DNA from: Oikopleura dioica
Taxonomy: Eukaryota; Animalia; Chordata
Reading direction: 5' to 3'
DNA length: 64,000 bases
Assembly: GCA_907165135.1 (NCBI GenBank)
Contig: OU015569.1
Location: 4,836,001 to 4,900,000, forward strand
In this document: positions 10,581 through 21,003 of the stretch, piece by piece
How positions within the stretch are numbered: position 1 is the stretch's first letter
Layout of the letters: every line of letters starts with the position of its first letter
Position numbers and translations under genes: made by a program
The notes under the pieces: generated by a model
The model's database searches: none
The model's input: only the letters and a program-made list of their open reading frames with translations
What the model was told of the DNA's origin: nothing

Positions 10581-12891
10581 GGTAAATTGGACTGTGAATA
10601 GAAGATGAACTGTCTTGATCCACGACTCACCAGCCATTGAACCAAGTAGTTAAGTTCGCATTTTGTTGATTTGTTGAGCATTTTGTTGATACTCTGAGCA
10701 TGAAAAACTCTGAACCGCTGCTAACCGGGCGGTAAGCGAAGTGGTTCGGGTTGAAAATCTGTTTAAAAGAGTTCTTTAGAGTAAAGAACCACTTTGATAT
10801 ACATATTTAAATACTTGGTGAATATTTAGAGCGTTAACCGCTTTAAACCGCTGTTAACCGGGCGGTTATCCATGTGCTTCGGGTTAAAAAACTGTTTAAA
10901 AGACTCCCTATGAGCAGAACCATTTTGATATACATATTTAAATACTTAGTGGATATTAACAGCATAAACCGCTTTGTGCCGCTCTGAACCGGTCGGTCAA
11001 CCAAGTGGTTCGGTTCGAAAGTCTGATAGAACGACTAATTATCAAAAAAAAATAAATTTTGATATACATATTGCCGGATCTCGACCATTCTAAAGGCTTG
11101 AACAGAATGACCAGCTGGTTCCGAAAATATCATCTCGATGAATTTATTGATTCATAAGGTTCAAAAAAAACAATTGATTTTTATCATAGCACGCCTAGAA
11201 CAAAAGTTGAAATTCTTGCATTTTCGTATCTGGTAGTTTCAGTCAACTTTGAGGCGCAAGAAAATCTCATAGGATCCCCAGATCATTAATTTTCTTTCAG
11301 TAATGAAAAGATTTGACACTCAACTATCACATAATTAAGTTTGAGCTTAATCGATATGTGGGAAGGCTGATATAAAACGACTTGACTGACATAAGTGCAA
11401 TTTTTCTAATCAAAATCTATCAAAAACTAGCCAGGCTAGTCTAGCCTCCATTCTCAATCTTTAGGATGAAATAAAATGCGCTTTTAATTTTTTATATTAT
11501 TTCTTCTGAATAAGTCGCCAAAGTCTACCAGTTATTGGAAAAAAATTTTTTGGTGATTCGCAGAAAAATCTTTCAGATAGGGGGAAACCAATAACCTCAT
11601 TAACATTTTTTCAGTCTTTTTTTGCGAAAAAAACTGGACATTTAAACCACTGATGCAAAAAATCAGACATTTAAACCAATCGGACATTGAAACCAAAACG
11701 GACATTCATAATATGGTTTGAATGACCGATTGGTTTGAATGCCCGATTGGTTTGAATGTCTGATTGGTCTGAATGTCCGCGACTCCAATGCGCTCATAAT
11801 TACGGTTGAGTAACACGTTTACGATCTGTTTTCTACAGAAGAAGTACCGTGTAGGAGTGAGGACCTGCGGTAAGTTGCTATGATTTAAGAATAGAGATAA
11901 AATTTTTGGAAGGGAGACTGTCCCATTACCAACTCTTTGAATTTCTATTGAAAATAGTTCATAATAATCAGTTTTTTTTCATAATTATACCTTTCAAAGA
12001 CAAATAAGACCTTATGGCAATCTGAAGATCATAATTTAACACATAGAAAATGCAAAATTAGTTAAAGGGTATTTGATTGTAAAGAAAAATGATGAAGAGG
12101 AGCATTATTCTAGCTTTTTCAAGGGCAATTTTGGCTCATTCTCGCTCACGAGCTCCTTTTGGTGGTATTTTGACAATAACAACTCTAGAGATCAAGAAAT
12201 CAGAAATTTATGTGATCCTCAGTGTCGGCTGGAGTTTGCTACTAAGCGAATCACGAAAACAGCTGCTATTTCTAAATAGCCTATTTGCAATAGTATTTGA
12301 ACTCTGAGTTCCCTACTTATGAGCTGAATTTTGCAATGAAAACTGCTTTTCCTAATTCAAGACACAAAGACTTAAAATATTAAATTATTTATTCTGCTCT
12401 TTATCGAGCATCAGGGTCGACTTAAATGAATATGTACAGTAATGGGACGAAAGTTATTTTGAAATAATATGTACAGTTTGATATTGTTTGAACAGGCGAT
12501 AAAAAGTTTTTTTTCTTTCATGAAAGAACTTTGTTTCATTGGTACTCTTTTACCATGGGCAGTAACAGTACATGAGTTGTAAAGAAAATATACATCTTTG
12601 ATTATTGTGCGTGCCATCATCAGAAAGTTTTTCTGACAATTGAGAATTTAAAAAGACTTAGAATTTCATAACTCGGAGAGGGAGCTTCGCCTTAGACGAA
12701 AAGAATATTTGACGATTTTTCTTACTGATACAGGGTTTCTCAGCTTTTTATAAGATACTATAAAAAACTAAAAGCATTAATAGCATTCTAAATTATTTAA
12801 TAAAAAGCGGTCCAGCTTAGACTGAATTCCAGCTCTAAAACTAAGCATGCGATTTAAAAGCTAAAAGTGACAATCTTGGATTGTTTCTTGC

Positions 12892-15800
12892 TTATGACTG
12901 AAGAGGAAAATGAATCTGATTAGAAACCAGCCTTAAATTGTCGGAAAGCTTCGAAAGGACGAAGACAGGGACACATTCGAAGCCATTGTCGCCGAAGTTG
13001 ATGTGGCCGAGGAGTGGATAGTTGGTGAACTTGCTGACGGCAGAAGGATCCAACTGAAGGTCGGGGTTGCCACTAAAATCGTCATATTTATGAAACTCGA
13101 AATGAGAAAATAGAATGATTGTGGATGCGAGATATTTCAGGTCAAGGAGGTGCACGCAAAAGCAGATTTCGCCGCGTTCGTGGAAAAAGTAATTGATCGC
13201 TTATCGCGTGCGACATGCTGTCAGTGTAGAAGTGACATCGGCCACCGCAAGTGACATTGACCCGCCGCTCGGCAAAATTTTATTGTGGCAGTCTGACGTG
13301 CTCCAAATTCTAGCTCACTCTAATCTAATCGTCAGTCAAGTAACGTCAAAACCATTCAGAGATCCTTCCCGGTTCGGACTCGTTAATTTTCTATATTAGA
13401 ACTGCGCTAGTTTTAGATGTTATAGCAAAAATATTGGAATTTTTGTTTGATGGTTTCATTTTGAATGAACAGATCTCGATGATGATTTTTACCTGACATC
13501 AACTTCGAGAAGCTTAGGTTTGGCGAACTGGCAAAGTCTTTCGATGAGTGGTAGCTGGGTAATTTTGTTGTTGGCGAAAGTGATTCGCTGGACGAGTTTG
13601 ATTGCTTTGAACTCGATGAGGTCCTTTCTTCCTTGGAAGGGCCACTTGCCACTCTTTGATACGGACTGAAGATATGCCGTTAAAATTAACATAACTATAT
13701 GAGTACTGTACATTCAGGTAGTTCTTGATGTCATCATCGTCCCAGTTGAGTCCAGAGCAATCGAGTGCCTTGGCTCTGTTGTTGAATTTACAGGCAGTAT
13801 GCACGGGCTCGCTCTCGGGGTCATCTTTTTTCCAAAGATCGATGTTTAGACCGGGGAAGGAGGAGCAAGGGGCGACGTTTTCCGTTGCTGTGGAGACGTG
13901 GAAGGGATTAATAGCCATCAGATCCGTGTCGAGCATAGACGCTCCATTTCGCGCTTCAAATGTGGAGCAAGAAACGGATGCCAGCGTTTGTTCCTTGATA
14001 TTCAGCATCTGTTCGACGCTGAAAACGCCAAAGTTCTCAAACCAGAATCGATCGCCCTCCTTAACAGAATCGGTCAATTTGGAATTCGAAGTTGGTTACG
14101 TGTGTAAGAAAAATGATCGGACTAGAGATTATTTAGCTAGGAGCTTTAGAGGTTGCACGGGAAAACGCTCTCGGCATTGGCCTCGCGATACTATTTGAAC
14201 AAGATGGATGAAGATATCCTGATGTGAGACTGTTATTATGGTGCTCAGGGAACGGATGTGATCCCTCCGGATTGCGCCCATTTAGGGGCTACTCCTTCAC
14301 TTTTCCAAAACACGGAGTTATTTAGAAAACCAACTTGTCTATCAAGCATTTTCATAGTTAGATACCTTGAGCGCGACAAATTGCTCGGCAATAACGCATC
14401 CAGCGGTTGGGCCAACGGTTCCTCCTGGCATATGCTTCTCCAGTTGCATGCCAACGTACATATCTATATAATCGTCCTGGGTCTTACCTGCGGGGACCAG
14501 ATTCTTTGCAATATAAAAATCTCTAACGGTGTTGATTTGCTCTTTTGAGTGGAAAAGATTCTCGTCAGACTGCATGTTTTTGTAGAACTTCGTGTAGACG
14601 GCGTGACTTTTGCAGAAGGTCTTGATTGCTCCGTAAGATCCGATCCCATGCTCTCGGCCACGAGCAATGTTGATGGCGGCCAAGTCCACTCCATGAGCTG
14701 CATTGTGAGGCTAAGAATAATGTTAGTGCTGTGAATGATTTCGCAATTGCATTTGCAAGTTAAGCTGCAAGATACAGCTGCGAGGCATTGTGTCAGGTTC
14801 AAAAACTCTCAACTTGGGTTTCCACTCTTCCGTAGAAAAGAAGTGGCTCACTGGCGATAAGCCGCCGTAATCACAAGGGTGATATTCCAAGGGAAGAAAA
14901 TATTTTTACGGTGTGTTGGAATCGTGTTATTATTTGCACTCAGTTGCATTATTGCAAATAGTTTAATTGAGTATTTTCCCCTTGCTTTTTCAAACGGATA
15001 CTGAAGTACGTTATCAAAGTATTGAGAGCAAATGCGCTCAGCTAACACAATTCCAATGTTATCTCCCACTCAGCGGGGGGCGAAGCGTTATCTTATCACT
15101 CGTATTCTGTGTTTCGACCAATCTATCTATGCCCGTAATATTAATCGCTCACGCTCCCTCTAGAAACTGGCAGCCGAGTTCATCAGTCAATAACCGCATA
15201 AATCTGCGGCAACATAAATAATTGATTTGTACCTTGAAGAGATTGTGAGCAAGATCTTTAGAAAAGGTTCCATCCATTCGAAGCTGATTCATCTTCATGG
15301 CTCCTCGGAGACATCCTCCAGGTCCTTTTCGGTGGACCCACTCAGGATCGAAGAAGTTGAACTTCAAAAGACTGGATCCGGGATTTGCCGCGAGCTTGGC
15401 CTGCTCCTCATCGTTGAGTTCACCAACCGGGTGAGCTTCGTCAGCGTGAGCGTGGCTGATTGGATTCCAAGCGTGGTCCATCGCCTTCATTAGGGATGAA
15501 ACTTGACCGTGCATTCGGTATCCGGCCGCAGCGAATTCGTTTCGGATTGATGGCTCCGACTTTGGTGGAGGTTGATGTTCTGACATTCTGAATGAGACTG
15601 TTAAGAAAGAAGAAAGAACAGAAGTGTTAAATTAGGTCCAGTCTGCAGAGAAGAGCAATGTTAACTAAATATTTAAGTTAAAGACAAATTTTGTAATCCG
15701 CCAATCCCTCGTAATATTTTCTTACATAATAATTCTATCGGGACTATAATATTTTACATCGCAACAAAACTTTCTTGTTAGATCAAATGTTGTTACAAGA

Positions 15801-18244
15801 GAGCGACTCAATCAGCAAAAAAGTGCCCACTGAGAAGAAAATGTGAAAAAAGAACGTTCCAAAAAGATAAAAGGGTTGTAATTAAATTAAGTGTTTGGAA
15901 AGTGTGATCGGAAAGTGGCCACTGTTGTGAGATAAGAGACAAGGCTCGGCCTGAACTCACTGTAGAACTGATGATAAGGCAATTATACTCTTCTTATCTT
16001 GTTCTATTGAGAGTTAGGAAAAGTAATATTTACAAATTATGTTTTGGCCTTCTATCTGCAGATAGTCCTTATTTGATAATTAAGTTTTGTGATAATTGCA
16101 TTCAGTATCTACCTTTGTCGTCTAGCGAATCCTTCAGCTTCAGCCAATCTTTCCTGTTCTTGTCGCATTCGCCAGGCCTTGACTCGTTTCTTGTCGGGTC
16201 TGGTTTGGAATGGATTCCAGGGTCGTTTTCCCTGGTCCCATTCGGCTTCGGTCAGTTCCATTCGCTGCATTGATCGGGAAGAGCTCGATTTCGTATCGCT
16301 TTTGAATTTTAAATCGGCAACTTGACTCATGTTATCTCCAAGCATGCTTCGAAGAGCTTCTTTGTAGTGAATGTTTTTGTAGACACTGATGGTGATCAAT
16401 CTGGCGACTTGGAAGACGTCTTCGTTGCTCCAGTCATCTCTGAGAGCGCTCAGTTGATCGACGAGGTTGTTGTGGTATCGCATGAAGATAGTCGTGAAAG
16501 AGGCGAGATAAGGGTTCTCTTCTACTCGGTTGTCACCAGCGATGAAGTCCTTGAAGTTGTCGTCGTTGAAAGTGCTGTGTTGGACGAATTGCTGGGTGAA
16601 ATTGAGAAATGACGAGTCCTAAAAGATGAATTGAACGCTCAGAAATCATTATTGACGTAAAGAGGAATAATGAGTTAATAAAAGTGACAATAATGAACTA
16701 ATTGATTACTCAATTAAACCATTTTTGTCATAAAACCTAAAACGCATGTCATTTTTTATGCTGGCAAAATTTTCAATGTGAGAAAATTTACGAATAAAAT
16801 ACCTTGATTACGATTTAATTTGCGAAAGAAAACACCAAACGCACTTGAAAATTAGAATCGATCAAACGTGTCCCGTAACGCGCGAAATTTTGAAAGAATA
16901 AAATAATCCCCGTTTGAACAAGGATTTGAAAAAAAGTGAAAGCTATGCAAAAATTATGTAAGATTACCTGAGTGAAAGCAAGTAGATCTCCCGTGCCTTG
17001 ATTTCCATGTGGCCCTCCAAGCATTCCGCGGCGAGACTTGAGATGCATGCCGTCATCGTCTCTAAGCTGCGAGAGCTCGAATTCCGTTGAACCGTAAACT
17101 TGTGACAAGTCCATGAAGGCCGACTTTTGGTTCATCTGTTCTCGGACAAAGGCACCTAAAATGCAAAAATTAGCCACGTGAATCTCCATTCGTTTCTCAG
17201 AAGAAAGCTTCCTAACCCTAATGCAATACAATTTAGCTGAATACAGTAAGGACTTTAGGTGGACCAAGAAAAGTGAATTATCGTCCAAGAACTGATCTAA
17301 AAATACGGTGACGCGCGAACGAAATAGTGCAACTGAGCCACGTAAAGCTGCAATTCAGCGAGACGTAAATTTTTGCATTTTTTCAGAACTTGGAAACTAC
17401 AGTCGCTTTGTGCGCGTCACATTTGAATCTCTGCAGGTGGATTTCAAAACTGATAAAAAGAATCGAGTTATTATTACCTTCTGAAGAGATATGCGGTGCT
17501 GATCGTTTGATGATCATGCATTCAGCAATGTCCCTATCCGTGAAGATAGGATCGTCAAGTGGAATCTCGACTGCTTTGCAAATATCGTCGGTGCCCTCGC
17601 AGGCACACTCTCTTGGATCTGGAACGTCTGGAGTCTGGATGATGTCGTGAGTGACAAACTGTCCCCAGAGAGGACCGACCATCGTGCGCTTTTCATCCAT
17701 TGTTACTTCTCCGCCGTTATCGTTAGTCGCCGCCAAGAGAAGGGAAATCTCTCGCTCGTTCGGAAGAGCAACGTAGTTACCAACTGAAGACAAGTCGCTA
17801 ATGCATCGGGGCTCGCCTTGGACAGCGGTAGATGGATTTCCTTTCTGAAGGTGAATGTTAATTGTTTGATTTCTAAGAAGGAAATTGCACGTTTTGGAAA
17901 GAGCTAAACAGTGTTTGGGTATTCGCCTGAATAGCCTTATAAAGTCGATCTGTTAATCGCCAAAGATCGGCGCTCAATTTACACGATCTGCGCTCCTCGG
18001 ATTTAATAAGGCGCTTTTAGGGAAGTACCTTATCAACGACGCAGTACTCGGCCGGGACTAGTCGAGAGTATCCATCACCGACTTGTCCTCGTTTCTGTCC
18101 AGTTAGATCGTTGCCGCTTCCATCCATCGATGGAAACTTTGAAATTGTCTTTCCTTCCGGCTCAGATCGAAATTTCCTGTCAAGCTCAGCTGCTTGTGCC
18201 ATGATGAACTCCGGATCGCTGAAAATTTTGTAATTTTCGATCAA
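12892..18244 (-). CDS. Animal heme peroxidase (peroxidase-cyclooxygenase superfamily) with a C-terminal LRR-like extension, multi-exon; first exon and stop not precisely resolved
   Basis: SMDGSGNDL...SRLVPAEY (~18130-18045); LPNEREIS; distal-His motif WGQFVTHD (~17670-17645); NQKSAFMDLSQVYGS; FIAGDNRVEENPYL...RYHN (~16545-16470); NEFAAAGYRMH (15541-15509); DLAAINIARGREHG (~14685-14645); KEGDRFWFEN (~14060-14035). These are followed in the same ORF by a CKF...LDCSGL cap-like segment and by LRR-like exons. Confidence 0.93.
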
Positions 18245-21003
18245 AGTTTATGAAAACGTTTAGAAAAAGAAAACGAAACGATGAAGACCCTGTGAAAAAT
18301 GAAAATGGCGGATGGAAATCGAGTTACGTCCCGAGCAATTTTTGATAAATCAGCGAAAATATAATTTCTCGCGGTTGTTGTCCGGTTATTTCGTTTGTGG
18401 CGATGCAGAACTGGATCATCAATAAAACTTGACGATGCGTTATCTTTCGATAAGAGAAGCTTCTTTCGAATCGATCAAAGTACCGAATAATTAATCAAAT
18501 CTACGGATAATGTAAGCCTTTTAAACATTGACCTTGGCTAGAATTCCGCCGGTTTTTTATGAGGGGGGCTCTAGCTGATTTTCTATATTTTTGAATGGAC
18601 AGTGGCGGTGCTCAATCTTGAGCCGATTGAATGCGGCTTTGAGGGGATGAGCAACGCCGCGGCTCGCTTAATTACGCAACTAAGTAGCAACCACTGAGAC
18701 CAGACGATCACTCCCGCGGCCACTTAGAAATGTTCCGCACCCACCGATGAACATTCGACCCTATTTTTCTGTCACATGTTCTTTTCTTGACAGAGTTTTT
18801 ATCATTTTTTTTGTTATTCCTTATTTTCTATGGTCTTTTTCAATTCATCAATCTAATCAGCTTCTATCAAAGACAGTCTTAATTTTACGGCAAACGGAAG
18901 AACTTTGTGTCATAAAGATTTCTGAGGATTATCTAAGGTTACCTTCTAGTTTGACTGCTGCTGACTTCTTTGTAGAGTTGCTCATGTTCTCTCTGATATT
19001 CGACGAATTGGGGTCGGTTAAAACCGTTTTTAATCTTCGACAAAGCCGCCTGGATTGAAAACATCGGGTTGACGAATCCCGAGCGCGAAGTAGGGTCCAC
19101 ATCTTTGAATTCCGGGCCGCGACTGCTCTCGCCTACATATATCCATTTTAAACAGGTTACGAGTATTTAGAAATTTGGACCGCGGTGCCAATTAGATTTA
19201 CTAAATGTAGCCGCTTCTAATGAACATACACGCCGCTACAGACCGCTACGAGAATTTTCAAACTCGCACAGTTTTTACTCCAAATAGTTCCCCCCGAAAG
19301 TTTCGATTAAAAATATCAAAGTCTAACAAAAAAAAAAACAAACAGGGCAAAGTGGAACAACTTAGCGTTACATTTCAAAGTTTTTGGTAAAAACAGATGA
19401 TCCTAACAGGAATTTGATTTTGCTAGAAATATATTTATCTGCGATTTTTCTTTTGAATTTAGCTTGAATTTTTTACGCCTTCTTTCTATACTGATCAATA
19501 AATATCAGATGTCAATTTATTGAAAAGTATGGCCCGAGATCATTCGATTACGTCTTCTAACACCTTCTATAACGTGTGAAGGATTAAAAAATTTCGCGCT
19601 GGATTCGCGCTTGAAAAAATATCTACTGAATAATTCAGTAGGTAATTTTTACCGAAGAAAATCAACTTTTTAAATCGAACTTTAAGCAATAAAAACGGGC
19701 CTGTCTAATTAGGGCTGAAATTTAACAAGGATTACTGCCAAAATAACATGTAAGAAATCGTTGAATTTAAAAAAAAATTCTCAACGCGATTTCTCAATGC
19801 ACTAAATTGAGATCTAAGATAAGATAATATCATTTAGTCCATAATTTATCCGTATTCTCTTTTGATAAAAATACTTCAGAGTGTTCATAGTAAAACCAAA
19901 ATTGACAAATAAATCTGCTTCTATGTGTGGTCTTATGACCAGTTCTGTGCATCAAAGTCGAGTTCTACGATCAAAATTACGGGATCTCCTTGCTGTCACA
20001 CGTGTTCTACGTACCATTAGCGACCGTGGCGGTCATTAGCCACACTCCTAGCTTCATTTTAGAAAAATCTGTTTGCGCGTCGTCTGTTTAGTGTGTCCGT
20101 TCCTATCAGCTCGACTTTCTCTCTTTGACTTGATAAATAAAAAAATATAAAAATAAGTTTTTTGATGATAAATGAAAATGTAGAATCGTAACGAATGTAC
20201 CGTGAGTCCCGGTTGGTTTCTTAACAGCCGTTCGGAACGGCGTACGAGCGCCCTCTGATGCGCGCCAGGACTCTCGAGCGCGCGAACGAGCTCGTCCTAA
20301 ATTGAAGTTCAAGAATGTTCTGGCGCTGGAACTTATTGACAGTGGCATCAAAAATTTCACAGAAAATTTTGAGAACAAAAGTTAATCTAAATCGCTGTTT
20401 GGAGACTGTATGGGCATTTAATCGCTTCTTTCCTGGAATTCGTTTATCTTCTTTTGTAAATTACAACGCTTTTTTTGAAGGCATTTACAGAAGATCCTCA
20501 GCATTGATAATTCTTGGAATCCTCATTGCTGAGAAAACTAACGATTTCCCCCGCGTGGCTGTTTTTGCAGCTTCGTTGCTGATGAGCCGCTCAAATATCC
20601 GCTTATTAGGTTTTTCAATGTGGCTTTTTTATTATCCGCACACCTTTTACAATAAATCGTCACTGGCTCAATCATTTTAATTTAGGAAAACTTTTAAAAT
20701 CACTTTTGAAAATAAATTGAAGGAACAGCCTTGTTCGAGCTTCGAACCGTTCACCTCTTGCGAACTCGATTATCACGATATTCATGTATTTACTTTTTTA
20801 GCCGTGTATCGCACGGTGGAAATTTTACTCGTCCTTCCACCGATTTTTTTGTTCTTATCTTATTCTAGTTAGTTGCAGTTATGAAATGAAAATAAACTTT
20901 TGGGGATTTCGTTTACTCACACATTGTTTACGGGTTGATTTCTTCTCGAAAGGCAGTTATTTACAGAGCAATAATCAGAAAAGGCGAGAAACGAAAATGA
21001 ACA

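Larger units (their letters stand above)
7925..11785. mobile_element. Foldback/MULE-type non-autonomous DNA transposon, 3861 bp, with modular inverted arms
   Basis: Perfect 9-bp direct repeat CAATGCGCT at 7916-7924 and 11786-11794. Termini GAGAGGCGGACATTC / GAATGTCCGCGACTC. Matching inverted blocks: ~7925-8160/11530-11785, ~8595-8950/11055-11410, ~9240-9490/10640-11040, ~9740-9830/10560-10650, plus central 57-bp repeats in opposite orientations. No transposase ORF. Confidence 0.9.

Noticed and set aside
20225-20296. Cluster of short palindromes (GCCGTTCGGAACGGC, CGTACG, CTCGAG, ACGAGCTCGT)
   Set aside because: Short CpG-rich palindromes arise readily by chance in a small GC-rich patch; no TSD, long stem or second copy seen.
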